59,274 nucleotides of DNA, filler included, from Dimargaris cristalligena (GCA_003614675.1; 2 parts of 2 records of this genome joined end to end with filler, not necessarily neighbours in it), one strand, 5' to 3'; positions 14,362-29,606 are shown, counted from the first letter of the whole stretch. The notes: a model not told the origin generated them from the sequence alone. Translations and numbers: made by a program.

Positions 14362-17337
14362 CTAAGCGTGATTACCATCGTCCTTGATATCCAGAACCAA
14401 GGAATAATTATCCAATTTCGATGATGATGGGTTCGCATTCGTTGATGGCGACGCATGGACAAGGCCGTCGTCACTCAACAGGGTGTTACCAGTATTGGAC
14501 CGACTCATAGGCCGGGCGACATGCGATGATGATGGATGATACTCGGCCGGATCCAGCATTTCGATCTCATCGAGAGGGGGGTGAGGCGAGTTGACGCTGA
14601 TTTGCACATAGTCGTTGTGTTTCTGACGTCCCAAGAGCTTAGGTAAAAAGCCATTGCCGCCAATACCCACCAGAGTGGCCACGGAAGAGCCCCGGCGGGA
14701 TTTGGGTAGGGGCCGTCCCTTTGCCGAAGACGCTGAGCTTCCGGGGAGGAGACTGGCCTCATCGTCACCACCATATGGGCCATTCGAGGTATGGCGAGAT
14801 AGCTCATCATAGCCATCGGGGGCTCGGCAGATAGGGCGACGGTAGAGTTTAAGCAGCAGACTTGAGCACACGACGCTAACTGACGAAAAAGCCATAGCGG
14901 CACCAGCCAACATGGGTGGGAGCATAATACCCCAAGGTAGTAGAAAACCCATGGCCAAAGGCAGTCCGATGATGTTGTAGACGGTGGCCCATACAAGGTT
15001 ATATTTAATGCGACGGAAGATTGTCCGCGATAGGTCCAGAGCGGTCACCACGTCGCAGAGATCAGCCCGCATAAGCACCATGTGAGCGGCTTCCATGGCT
15101 ACATCGGCACCGGAAGACACTGCGATACCCACGTCAGACGTAGCTAGGGCCGGCGAATCATTCACGCCGTCACCTACCATTGCCACGACCTCACCGTGCT
15201 CCGATTGCAGCTGGCGGATGAGATCAGCCTTACCCTGGGGCGAGACGCCGGCGTAGACTTCGTCAATGAGGCATTTTGAAGCAATGGCACGGGCCGTCAC
15301 TTCCTGATCACCGGTGATAATAGCCACGGATAGACCCATGCGGCGGAGAGTATGCACCACGGGGCGGGTTTCGGGGCGGACGGTATCAGCCAGGGCAATA
15401 TAGCCGGTGAAAATCTGATCAACGGCCACCAGGACCACAGTTCGCCCCTGGCGCTGCTGGTGGTTCCGGGTGGTTTCAAAAGAGGCGGGGATATAAATCG
15501 ACTCCTGAGAGAGTAGGCGGTCGTTGCCAATCAAGACTCGGTAGGGAACGGAGTCCGCGGGTTTACCTCCGTGGCTCTCTAGGCGCTGTACCAGACAGCG
15601 AATACCCTGACCAGGCACCGCCTCAAAGTCACTTACGGTGCCCTCCAGGTCGGACACGTTAAGGGCGCGCTTGACGTAGCTGGCAATGGCCCGTCCGACT
15701 GGGTGCTCGCTGTTCATCTCGGCTAAACCGACAATGTGCAAAAATGCGGGGCTGTCCAGGTTAGCCAAATGGGATGGCTCGTCCATGTGGTCATCTTCAG
15801 CATCAGTAGGGGGCTCAATGGCGAAGGCGTAGTCCTCAATTTCGAGCTTACCGGTGGTAAGGGTACCCGTTTTATCAAACACCACTTTGGTGACCTTATT
15901 GGCCACCTCCAGACATTGGGCACCCTTAATTAGAATGCCATTCTGAGCGCCAACACCGGTACCCACCATGACGGCGGTCGGCGTGCTGAGTCCGAGGGCG
16001 CAGGGACAGGCCACCACAATCACTGAGACGGCCAGTTTAAGGCAGGTTATCAGGTGGTCGGTGTCAGGATCCTGGAAAATGGCCGGTAGGTGGTGGGTCA
16101 CGTTACAGATAATCATCCAGGCGGTAAACGTGAGGAAGCCCAAGGTAATCACGGTTGGTACAAAGTAGCGGGAGACCATATCGGCGAAGGCTTGAATAGG
16201 GGCCTTTTGGGTTTGGGCGTTCTCCACCAGCTTGACGATCTGAGCCAGGGTGGAATCGCTGCCCACCCGGGTGGTTTGCATAATAAAGGCACCCGTTCCG
16301 TTTACGGTCCCGCCGATCACAAAACTTCCTACTTCTTTATGCTGGGGAAAGGCTTCGCCAGTCACCATGGACTCGTCTACTTCGGAGTGGCCATCCACCA
16401 ACTGACCGTCGGCCGGGATTTTTTCGCCGGGAAAGATTTTCAGGTGGTCGCCGCGCTGGACCAGCTCGGTAGCAATCTTTTCCTCGCCCGAGGCCATGCG
16501 GGTGTCAGCATCCCACTCGACTAGAGTAGCCGAGGTGGGGGCAAGGGACATGAGTTTAGACAAGGCAGTCGACGTATTGCCCTTGGTAATGTTCTCGAGG
16601 TAGCGGCCCAGGGTAATGAAAATGATGAGCATGGCCGAGGTTTCAAAGAAGACGGAGGGGTTGGGGTGGTTGGGGTGGAAGAGGGACCGAATCATCATGA
16701 AGGCGGAGAAGAAAAATGCGGCGGAGGTGCCCAACGTCACCAACACGTCCATGGTGGTGGTCCCATGCCGGAGGGCCTTGAAGGAGTTGACGTAGAAGCG
16801 CTTGCCGACGCCGAATTGCACAGGGATGGTTAAAATGCACTCGAGTAGTTTACCGATGGGCAGACCCGGGAGCAGGTGCCAGGCCGCGACCCCGGCCAGT
16901 CCAGGGATATGGGGGACGATTTTTGACAGAATGACCACGGGGAGCCCGAACAGGATGGCCCGGAAGAGCGACTGCCGCCAAGAGATAATCTCTTTGGTCC
17001 GGTTGAGCGATTCAAGTTGGGTCCCCTGGCACTTATCGGGCAGCATCGCGTCGAAACCCATACATTCTATGCGGTTGATAATATCGCGCACACCAATGAC
17101 AGTATCGTCATACTCCACGGTGGCACTTTCCAATTGGAGATTGACAGCCACACTCTTGACACCAGCCGCACGCTGGAGACCACTTTCAACGGCACCGGTA
17201 CAGGAGGCACAGGTCATGCCCAACACCTTGAGCTCGACTTGGGCGGGGGCGCCGTCGGGTTTGGCTTGGGTGTCGGACGAAGGGAGAAGGCCGACATGGT
17301 CAGAGGATGCGGGTGCGCCCGCTTTGGGATTGGACAT
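14362..17337 (-). CDS. CCC2: P1B-type Cu(I)-transporting ATPase (Ccc2/ATP7-like)
   Basis: HMA motif GMTCASC, TGE, CPCALGL, DKTGT, SEHP, GDGVNDSP, YN and MAFSS Cu-type TM residues; 991 aa. Confidence 0.9.
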   Translation of the reverse strand: MSNPKAGAPASSDHVGLLPSSDTQAKPDGAPAQVELKVLGMTCASCTGAVESGLQRAAGVKSVAVNLQLESATVEYDDTVIGVRDIINRIECMGFDAMLPDKCQGTQLESLNRTKEIISWRQSLFRAILFGLPVVILSKIVPHIPGLAGVAAWHLLPGLPIGKLLECILTIPVQFGVGKRFYVNSFKALRHGTTTMDVLVTLGTSAAFFFSAFMMIRSLFHPNHPNPSVFFETSAMLIIFITLGRYLENITKGNTSTALSKLMSLAPTSATLVEWDADTRMASGEEKIATELVQRGDHLKIFPGEKIPADGQLVDGHSEVDESMVTGEAFPQHKEVGSFVIGGTVNGTGAFIMQTTRVGSDSTLAQIVKLVENAQTQKAPIQAFADMVSRYFVPTVITLGFLTFTAWMIICNVTHHLPAIFQDPDTDHLITCLKLAVSVIVVACPCALGLSTPTAVMVGTGVGAQNGILIKGAQCLEVANKVTKVVFDKTGTLTTGKLEIEDYAFAIEPPTDAEDDHMDEPSHLANLDSPAFLHIVGLAEMNSEHPVGRAIASYVKRALNVSDLEGTVSDFEAVPGQGIRCLVQRLESHGGKPADSVPYRVLIGNDRLLSQESIYIPASFETTRNHQQRQGRTVVLVAVDQIFTGYIALADTVRPETRPVVHTLRRMGLSVAIITGDQEVTARAIASKCLIDEVYAGVSPQGKADLIRQLQSEHGEVVAMVGDGVNDSPALATSDVGIAVSSGADVAMEAAHMVLMRADLCDVVTALDLSRTIFRRIKYNLVWATVYNIIGLPLAMGFLLPWGIMLPPMLAGAAMAFSSVSVVCSSLLLKLYRRPICRAPDGYDELSRHTSNGPYGGDDEASLLPGSSASSAKGRPLPKSRRGSSVATLVGIGGNGFLPKLLGRQKHNDYVQISVNSPHPPLDEIEMLDPAEYHPSSSHVARPMSRSNTGNTLLSDDGLVHASPSTNANPSSSKLDNYSLVLDIKDDGNHA

Positions 17338-20039
17338 GGTTTTGGGAATGGACCCGTGGATAAGTGACTAGAGGAATAAAAAACGAGGTAGGGGTAAGAG
17401 TAGAGTAGTACACGTCAACTGGGTGTCGGTAGGACGGTCGTCACTGTGGTACAAAAATACCAGAGTGGGTAAATAACGCAGGTGACCCTGAGTACAAGGG
17501 GCCGTTAGAGGTAACAGAGGGATATTAACCACGGGCTTGAATAGGGAGGGGTTTACAGGGGGGTTGTTTCGAGGGGAACAGGTGGGAGTTGCGACGTGGT
17601 GGGGAAATGGAGAGAATAAATAAGGCAAACAGGGAGATTAGAAAGCAGCCAGGTTTAAATTAGGGGATGCGCACCTCCATGTATGATGTACCCACTAGCA
17701 GTATCAATAGAAAGGGGGGGTTCAGGTGAGGTGTGGCTGAAGGTTCCACACAAGTGTAGGTGGGGGGGGATATTAGGGTCAAGTGGGACAAGGAGAAAAA
17801 TGAGTTGCCACGCCAGATATATCCTACACGTAGGTCTTGAGCTGGGTAGAGAAAGGGGAATGGTCAGTGCAGATGGCTTAGAGTAGTCCTGCCAGGAACA
17901 AGAGTGACTATTTTATTCGGCGGATTAGCCCCAGTTATATAGGTAAAAGTAAAGTACCTTGGAGGAGAGTGTATGTGTAAGGGGCACAGGAATAAGACGC
18001 ACGGAAGGTAAAATGGGCCTAATTGCCTAAATGAAAGAGCGGCTTATTAAATAGCAGATGTCCAACGCGAGCCGGAGCCTAACTATAAGTATATAGAGTT
18101 GGGCCGATTGCAAAGCCAATGGTGGGCGAATAAATAATAGAATGGAAGGGGCTTTTAGAAAAGAAGTCTTGGAAAAAGAAGGAAGGGCAGGTGAATATTA
18201 TAATGTGACACGCAACCGAAATAGCCCCGCGCTAGTCAGGGGGGAGAATAGCAGCAGCAAATTCGATAAAAATGGGCCAAGTGTATGGAAAAGAACATCT
18301 ATCTGCCCGGGGCAAGACAAGGAAGGCTATAGGAGGAATTTCCCCTTTATAAAATGATACACAGTGAAGGGGGAGAGAGAACCAGGCCCAACAATATTAG
18401 TGCGGGTTGATCCACGTTGACCAACGAGGGAGCAAGGGGAGAGAGAGAGAAGGGGAAGGAACTTGACTGCCCCTCACTCTCCCCTTTTGGCCCATTCTCT
18501 CCATATGTATGCGTTCCTAAGAGTAAGGTGTCCTCCCTTTGAATGCATGCATTTACTCACTCTATGCAGATTACCGCTATTGCTTTCAAAAAAGAGAGGG
18601 AGGGGCATTTCATGGTGCACATCAAAGCCTGGTTGACATGGGTAGGCCAGTTCAGTTGTCTTTAATTACCCCCTGGCCATCCACCATCACTGTTGCTCGC
18701 ACAATCGACACAACGGATGGGTAATAACTAGAGAAGAAAGGCATACCTTCTCTTCCGTGATTGGCCAGCCTCGATTCTGCACCGGTGCATGAGGGCCAAT
18801 CGAATCGAAGATATACCTGGTGTAGAGTAGTGGGTAGGGGAGGGAGGCAAAGAACAACACTGCGACTACTATAGACTAGAGTCTGGGCCCTCCGCCAATA
18901 GACATATTCCCCAATTATTAATCCCATTTGGCTGTCGTAATCCCCAATAATGCCAATATGGAATATATACCACCCGCTCCCCTCCGAAAAAAGCGAATAC
19001 CCCGAACCACCCACATTACTAATCCCCCCGGCCACGGCACTATTTGACCATAGGGCTAAGGTGCAGCCATCCTTTTCCCCCACTCCCCCGCTAATTAACC
19101 CCACCTAAAAGCAGCCTTCATCCACCCACCACACGAAAGCCCCTCGTGACCATTCCCACCATCTAAAGCTTTCACGTAAGCATAGTCAAAAATATATAAT
19201 ACGCAAGTACATATACTCTGTATGGGACGAGTAAAATAGCGGCCATTATCCAATGGCGCTTGGCTTGGCTAGACTCGGCCAGGCCAGGCTGGGCTGGGCG
19301 CGTGTGCGTATGCGCATACACTATCTACATGCGTCTGCACATATGGCTGACTGCTTGGCAGAGGAATCTGGGCAAACTAGTATAATTGGGGTTTGCGCAT
19401 GACATTTGGAAGGGACGTAAATAACATCCCCCCATTATACCTAAAGGCCTGTGTAATACAATGGTTAAGCAAATCGGCGGGTTCTTATTGTCAAATTCGC
19501 ATTCTCATGGCCCCAAACCACCACCCCCACCCGCTTTCTCCATTAACAATGTCATAAGTTATAAAAATAATAGAAAAAAAAAAGAGAAAGAGGCGCCCTC
19601 TCCTTTGACAATCACCCAAATCAGACGATACAGGGTCGAACAATCGAATTAAATTAATTGTACGACTAACGTATTCAGCAGTCTATTTAACGGTTCTATA
19701 CACAATCAATCGTATCAAATAAAGTAAATTAGACGCCAATTCCACCCGCCTCAGCACAGACAACGATTGAGCAAATCAATTATTTATTGTATAAACCGGA
19801 GGAAACTTCAGTAAATGGAGAAAACCTTCGGTACTAAAACCCGAGGATCTCCAAACGTCAAACCAGGCCAGTTAAGAGTAGTAGTGATGATAGTAAAGAA
19901 AAATCGGGACAAGCCGAGCACAGAACAGACAAAATCTTGGATAATATTTTCGGAGTGGACCCACGTAGATATCCTATTAGACATGGTCTCACTTTTACAG
20001 ATGCCTCCCTGTGAGGGTTCGCCCAAATAGTCCGTTGAT

Positions 20040-21894
<1,855 letters not shown>

Positions 21895-22463
21895 GGTGAG
21901 TGAGTTAGAAGGGGGGATGTGTAAGGAGGGGGAAAAGGAGATTAAAGGGATAACAACAAGGAAGAAGGAAGTGAAAGAGAACTAAAGAGAGATGCGACCA
22001 ACAAACGCAAACAAGTTAAGAAGGATAGTAGACCCAGGGTGGGGGCCAAGGGGTTGGGATAATATAGGCTTGGTAGGGAGGGGCGACAGAGAGAGAGAGA
22101 GAAGGGGGGAAGGGCACAGGGCATGGTGGGTGGGCGCGGCGGGGTGTATGGGAGTGGGTGGGAGGAGATTTACTACTGAGCCAGCATATGCGTCGTCGTC
22201 GTCGTCCGCCGTCTTTCTTTCCCCACATTCTTATCCCCTCCCTCCCATTCTTCTTCAGTCTATTATGCCCCCATCTGATTCATTTCCTAACCAACCAACC
22301 ATTCTTATCCCTCTCTCCTCCATACAGATGCCTGCAAATTAGCCGCACTTAATTTATGGTTGGTGTGGCCCTCGCCAAGCGCACAATACAAGTTTCAGTT
22401 GCCCACATCCTCCCAGCTGTGCGTCAATAATAGGACGAAAAAGACTGGGCGCCGACCTATTTT

Positions 22464-22503
22464 CTATTCTACTCTACTCTACTCTACTCTACTCTACTCT
22501 ACC
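22464..22503 (+). repeat. (CTCTA)n pentanucleotide microsatellite upstream of actin
   Basis: About 7 tandem CTCTA/CTACT units read directly from the sequence. Confidence 0.85.
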
Positions 22504-24357
22504 CTACCCTACTCAATTCAATCATTTCTCTAAGGGTGGCCAAGAATTATCCCCCATGGAGCGCCAAGGTAACACTTTAGCCGGATTCATCTTCCCTTCT
22601 ATCGGTTCTGCAGGCAGGTGACGTGAGAAGGAGGCAGCAGCTACTATCTCTTCCTTCCTGCAAAATGAATGACCGCCCGTCATCAGAGACGGGGGAGTCC
22701 TGATTCTGATTCCCAAACGAGATTGTACCGAGCCCCGGTGAGACTTGGCCTGCCTTCTGCCAGTAGTAGTTAGTTCTACGCAAAGCATTGTTCGTTTATT
22801 GTTGGAGCATGGTGAAAGGGGGGAAAGGAAGACCAAGACAAAACACCGAAACGGTTAGTTTGAAATCAGTCTATCTCCCTTGATTGAGCGCTTCATATAC
22901 CGTTGTAGTTTAACATGCATCATCGCCTGAGAAGACTAGCAGATGGTATAAAAATACATTATAATCATAAGCACTGAAGATCTTCTACGACCAGCCCGTT
23001 GCAGGCCAATCTATACAGCACTTTATTTATTGATTGGGTTTGTGGGATGCCTGCCAGGACGTCGATTAAAAAACACCCAGCTCGACGGATTATCTCAATT
23101 CCAGCATATACTAACTATATACTGTTCGTTCAGCCCAACCAACGAATGACAAACGACCGCAAATGGCCCGGAAAAAAAGCTGCCTAGACAACAATCGGTC
23201 GTGCATACACCCCACTCATTACTAACTATATCCTCGAGTTGGATTTGATTGGGTAAAAAATGAGCGAGTTGGACATTTGGGATATATTTTTGGAAGGTAG
23301 TGGTAGTTTGTTTAGGGTTGGGTGATACGCCTCCCACCAGGCAGAATGTATTTTTAAGGAACAAGCTAGGACAATGCTCACTACCATACCCTTGTAAATA
23401 ATAAAGGGTTGGGGTCAGTGTAGGCAGTACAATTACAGTTCAAGCTAACTGGTATTTATTTATTTACAATTGTTAGACATCGATGTAGGTAGGTAGGTGG
23501 TATAGGGCCGGAGTCCCTCTCCTGGTGCAGTATATCCCCACTATTAAGTCGAGTTTAATCCAGGATAATCTTAGAAAAGAGATGTCGCATATGGCGTGCA
23601 TAAACGTACAATAGGGCGTATTCTTTTCGAATATGGATTGGAGTAAAAGAAAAGGGTTTGTGGCAAAGCCTACGCCCGGTGATTCATCTTAGTTAGGTGC
23701 ATGGGCCGGGTTCGGTGAGGGCTGCATATGGGTGAAATTCAGCCCAGCTATATAAGGGTTTACATTATATGTGTATGGGATGGGAGAATATATGGGAAAT
23801 GTATTTTTAACTAGTAATATTGGCCGAATCTAATGGATTTTTCGTTATACAGCTTGGTTGAACTTCTCCCATATGAATGAACAAGCCATCTGCTCTGTAA
23901 TCGATATCAAGGAATAGCTATTTACTTTCACTAAACCCTTGGGCTGTATTATTTATTTATTATAAGCAGGCGTTGGGTATTATTATGTATACATGCCGTT
24001 CTTGAATCAATGGTGATATAGTAAGTATACCCTTGTAGCCCCCAAGCCACACAATCAATAATTCCTTAACAATAGGGCATATTTATCATCATCCCTCTAC
24101 GAGTACCAAAAATATTGAATAATATGGTCCTTCTTTTTCCTGCCACCCGCGCCTAAGGAAAGGGTGGCGGGGGGTATATCCTTGCCTATATGCTAAACAG
24201 GACAGCATACAACCAGAGTGGGTAACCCTCCTCAGTCCACCCTAGTTCCAAGTGCTACCCCTCGGCTTTTATCGTTTTCCCTCTTGGCTTCATTGGCTTG
24301 TGTTTTTCCTTTCAATGCAAAGTCCCTTTTACCCCCCATTCCTTCCATTGACCAGAC

Positions 24358-24365
24358 TGCGCCAC
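24358..24365 (-). promoter_or_regulatory. Candidate Crz1 calcineurin-dependent response element upstream of RCN1
   Basis: TGCGCCAC is the reverse complement of GTGGCGCA, matching the yeast CDRE consensus GNGGC(G/T)CA, about 195 nt before the ATG. A single 8-mer could occur by chance. Confidence 0.35.
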
Positions 24366-24559
24366 GTACTTACTTACTTACTTACACACTCATTCTCTCC
24401 ACCATAGGCCATTCGGCCCTTCTCCGTTGACTCCTTTATTCTTCGGTTGTCCCACAGTTCACGCACTACACCGAACCTTCCATTGGCAAACGAACGAACG
24501 AACAACGTGCTTCTTAACACGTAACCCTAACCACCACCACCCTTTTCGCCTGCCACACT

Positions 24560-25664
24560 ATGCAGCCCTCGGGGCCCACATCTTCGAAGTCGCCTCAACA
24601 AGCGGCAGCGGAAGGTTCCACCAGTCAAACGGTGGACTTCCCGACCCCTGCCCTACTGGTGACTATAAAACCCTTCACCCCTTCGCTGGCCACTGTTCTC
24701 GAAAATATCCTGACTGTCCAGTTTGGCCCCTTACTCTATTTTGCCCCCCTGCCCTCGTTTGCCCGCTGTTTGGCCATTCTAAGCTCCCGTGACAAGGCAA
24801 CTGCCGCCAAGGACTTCCTGACCCACGGACATTGGCACCTTGAATCCAGCTCCCAAACCCGCGTGTATTACTACCAGGTATGTCCATGTGTTTTTGATGA
24901 TTGTATCGCGTAAATCTTGACAAGCAATGTCACATATAGTTACATATATATATGTAAGTCACCCATCAACCCCATCTGACAATTATAATATCATTTTATC
25001 TCCCTACCCCTTATACTAATTCTCCACCGACCTACCCCTATCCATTTTTATCGCGTTTGACACATCCTCGCAATCGCCGCACGGTATGAACATTCGATCC
25101 CGAATTCGGCTTTTACTCCAGATTGATGCTGACGACCCCATGTGTACCCGTAAAGATTTCCTAAAGCTTCCCCAGAACGAACGCCTTTGGCTCATATCCC
25201 CGCCGGGCTCGCCCCCAGTTGACTGGGCACAGGAGCGAGAGGACCCCCCGAATGCCATTCATCTTCACGACGAACTACACGCCGCCCTGGTGGATTTGGG
25301 TAATGGTCGCTACCATCTCAATTATCACGAAGACGACGATAATGATGCTGAAGTAGGGGTAGAAAACGAAGATCCTGCAAACCGGTTCAATACAGACCAG
25401 GGGTGCGTCGAGAAAGAGACAATATCCGTCTCCCAAGCCGAGCCACTGACCAATTCAATTGAGGGCGACCTCGGTTCCACTAATGCCACGTCCAAATTTA
25501 GTAGGAGGCTCCCAGCCCCCTTCTTTCCAGACAAACCGCGCCACATACGCCCCACCATTGTCATTGAATCTTGGGAGGACCCTGAACTTCCTTCCCAAAG
25601 TTCCTCTTGCTCCAATTCTCCTTTGCCGAAAACCGTTATGCCGAAGTTTCGAATCCAACCATAG
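24560..25664 (+). CDS. RCN1: Calcipressin / regulator of calcineurin; exons 24560-24877 and 25122-25664
   Basis: RRM-like FAPLPSFARCL, LKLP (LxxP), the signature LWLISPPGSPP, EDPPN, PxIxIT-like PTIVIE and C-terminal PKTVMP. The intron is phase 0, GTATGT..CCAG. Confidence 0.88.
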
Positions 25665-26758
25665 CTTTTCCCGGTATTGTGCATACCATTATCCATTAAG
25701 TATACCAGTGTCTAGTAGAAATATACCCGATTTAATATTCCCTTGAATCTATACCAAGTTGAGTTATGGCCCGGCCTAGGACACCCTCTTTGGTTGGATA
25801 TGCCCTTTTATCAATTTAGGTATCATTTAAAAAAAGGCGGGTTGGCCTGCCTAAATCATGTACGAACATATACCGGCTTTTGATGACCTATTTAAAAATA
25901 CACTGTGCTTAAAAAATAACCCGACTTGAATAAAAATTCTGGATTAACTCTTTTCGATGTTATGGAACACATCTCAGTGGGCAGTTGGCCTTATTTATCT
26001 CCTGTCATTAAAACTAAACGGTCTTTGGCTTGGTTGACGAGTTGTACTTTAGACCTCACTGTGTATTGTGGCATGCCATTTAGTCCAAGTCAAGCTCTGC
26101 GGTGGTCAATTTCCTTCAGCCATTAACCTCTAAATAAAAAAACCCATTACATTCATATTTATACATCCATTTTGGAAGTGGCAGCTAGCAGCTTCATTAT
26201 ATATACAATCAATAGGGCGCTGCTCAGGCCCCTTTTGAAGAACGCTTCATTATTAGCCGTGGGTTCGGATGATCCGTACTATCTTCCGCACCTTATACTT
26301 GGCGGGTGACGCGAACTTCTTAATTCCAACGGACTGCCCAAAAGCGAAACTATTTATCTGGGTTAAGTGTACATAAAATATGATTAGCTGACTCTTGGGT
26401 GGAAAAGTGGAGGGCGCTTTTACCAAGGGATGAAATGTTTCTCGGCCCAAATATGATATGGTATATAGAGCATGGTCCTGTTTTGATATACCTGCACCCA
26501 AACTGGTCTTCAGTTTCCCCACCTTTCTCCTCCCGATAAACCCACTTACCCACACACCTAAGGAGGCCCCTTCCCCTCTCCTACCTTGAATTTACTTTCA
26601 TTCTTTCCGGCAACGGACTTTCTTCATTTGGTTTTAAATTTAGTCAATATATATTTTTTATATAGCTTAGTCTACTTTCCACCCAGGTACCCCACATATA
26701 TAAGTTCCCATTGTAGCTTAAGTAAAATTTGACTGAACCTCCTGTAATTTCCCTCTAC

Positions 26759-29259
26759 ATGGCCGTGCCCGACATTGACTCCGATAGGCCCGTCCCGGTT
26801 CGGGTAGGCGACAGCTTCCTTGCTCCAGATGACCCAGCCGCCGCGGCTGACCAGACGTCCTACCACATTCTACAATGTAAGTATATGCGGTTCCCCTTAA
26901 CATTGCAGGGTACTTTGCTTCTTTCAGCCTCGGCCCCAGACCAAAGAAATTGAAGGAATGGGGGGAGGTGGGATTCGTGAACGATAATGCACATACTGTT
27001 CCTGTTGTCAATGCCGGTGGGTCTGGATCGAGCCGGACTATTTATTGGAATTCCTCTTTTGGCCTGTTTAGTTCTAACCACGGTACGCATAGTCTCCCAA
27101 CTTTACCTACTGCTTCATTATATGCACAGACCGCTTTAAACCGACCTCGCATACACTTAATGACTCTGGTGAAATCGTACTCAATAACCAAGACAAATAC
27201 AATATTGAGTTCGTGTCTGCTGAGGTATGTGCTATAGTACCGGTATAGTCTAACATGTCTTTCTGTGATAATATATATATATAGGTTCTAATCAGTACAC
27301 CTGTTTTTCTGAGACTTCCTAGACCCGGTTTACTTAATGACGCGGGCTACTGTCCGCTAATCAGCACCGGTTTGCTGTTACTCGCATGTTAGGGCGGTAC
27401 ATGTCACTGCATTAGTCTCAAGCCCACGGCTATCGAGTTACAGATCGACCTGACGCCAATACCGAGTATTTAGAATATACGTTTATTAATGGTGTACATT
27501 TACCTCTATATTGCGCGGTATCCGTTTACTAATCGGCTATTTAGAGCGGTGAAAGTAACTACTATGAGGCATCGGAGACCCTGGCTAAAGACCTGGACTG
27601 TTTGTTTATATATGACGAAGAGACGCAGGTAAGTATAGGGCTACTTTTGGGCGAATGTCCATCGTAACTTCTACTTAAAACCCCCCTGGCTACTTCCCTG
27701 GGCATCGCTCGATATATCCGGTGAATTTAGGCTGATAACCCTGGGCCACCCACCATATTGCCCCTAAAAGGGTCGAGTCATATGCCCCGCTCGCGTCTTT
27801 TCAGCTTATCGTTAACCTAGTGCTCATATTGATTATCCAATGCCATATATTCACTCATCAACAGACCTTTACCGTTGAGCTATTGGACTCCACACTCGCG
27901 TGCAACAAAACCAGTAAACCTACAGCGGAGCCGGCCTCTGAGCCACTTTCTGATCCACGCACTCAACTGCCTATTCTGCAAGAGTTCTCCCCTCCCGAGA
28001 CCTCCGTATCGGTGGACTCTCTAACCACTCCATCCCCGGAAAATACCCTCGCCTTACCTAGAAAGGTGCCTACTCCAGCCGCCCAGTCCGCAACTACGCC
28101 ACGGAGTTTACGTGATGTACCCTCCCCCGCGTCGGTACCTACACCATCATCCAGCGGTCCAACTTCCCTCGTCTTGCCCAACTTACCCGCAAGCAAACCC
28201 TCCCCCCGGCCCACCTCGACAATTTCCACAACAAATGGCAAATCCGGCCCAACTACTAATGACCGCCCGTCGGTTTCAGCTGCTCCAGCGACTCCAATAG
28301 TACCTTCAACCCCCGAGCCGTCTGCCCCGGCTAAGCCTCAGCCCAAGCCACGGACACGAACCCAACCCCGAACCAAATCACCGGCTCTAGCCCCGACCCC
28401 AGCTCCTAAACCAGCTCCTATGGCTTCACTCTCCCTTCCTAGTAAACCGGCCCCCCGCACCGTTACTCCTCCTAAACGAAAGGCCATTCCGGAACCGGTT
28501 AAACCGCCGGCCAAACCGGAGCCCATCGATGAGATGGAAGTTGACCTGGCCCAAGAACTGGACGACATGATGAATGAGGAGCTGGCGGACCTGGAAAACT
28601 CCTCCGACGATGAGGAATTCGAAGAAGTCGAATCAATGGTCCCTGCGCCTACCCCCCGGTCACCCGCCCGGGTTCCTTCCCTCCAATTACCATCCGCCAG
28701 AGTCGCCCCACCTTCGCTCGCTGTCCCGACCAAACCCAGCCCGACCGCGGGACCGCAACCACCCCTCCGACGGGGACGGCCCCGCTCGGCCTCATCATCA
28801 TCGTCGTCTTCGGGTTCCTCTTCTTCCTCGGGCAGTGGATCCTCCGATTCCGGCTCTTCGTCGTCGGGCAGTTCCGACTCCGATTCATCCGATTCGGACA
28901 GTGGTACAACTACCAAACGACCCATTCGTCGTCCCTCTACCCAACCAACCAGTCGTGGCCCTCCGTTACCGCTACCAGTACCGGCTTCAGCCCCCCCACC
29001 CACTATCCCCCCCGCGGCTTCCGTGCCCTATTCGGACCCCATTGACGAATTCCAGGCGGATCTGGACGAGGCCCTTCAGTCATCAGATGATGATATGCTC
29101 GCGTCCCCTACCACTGCCAATGCGACGACTCAACCTCCGTTACCCACGGGAGCTGCCGGCGGCCCCATTTCACTATCCCAGTACTTGGGTTTCAACACCA
29201 GCCAAATGCCGGCCCGCAATACCAACGATGATGACACTTCATCTAGTGACGATGACTGA
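26759..29259 (+). CDS. ELL-associated factor (EAF family), about 563 aa; exons 26759-26876, 27130-27224, 27545-27628, 27865-29259
   Basis: The spliced N-terminus PVRVGDSF..SYHILQY|RFKPTS..AE|SGESNYYE..KDLDCLFIYDEETQ|TFTVELLDS matches the EAF N-terminal domain (YDFKPAS; ECVLIFD.ETGTFTLEKL). It is followed by Pro-rich, acidic and Ser-rich regions. Confidence 0.8.
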
Positions 29260-29606
29260 AAATGAGGTGATACGTTTCGCCCTACTGTAAACCCCCCCCA
29301 CACTCCCCTATACTGCGCGTATTATACATGTCCTTGTTGAGAGTAGGGTATGGTCGGCTTTTTATTTGACTTTTTATTTTTTATCTTTCATTATGTCTCT
29401 TGAATTGTCCGACCCAAATTCATTTAACTAGTGTTTCTTCGCCAATATTTGTACAAAATATAAATTACGGGGTAAATTAAACCCTTGTTTAGTTTGCCCT
29501 TTTCGTTCATCATATACTCAGAAGACACTGACCCCTACAGCACCCATCAATCACGAACTATCAAGTCAACCCCCCCCCCCCCCCCCCCTCCCCCCCCCCC
29601 CCCCCC

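Noticed and set aside
24940-24953. 14-nt AG/GTAAGT-bounded micro-exon in the RCN1 intron
   Set aside because: It lies within an AT microsatellite, has a poor acceptor context and would frameshift; chance is sufficient.
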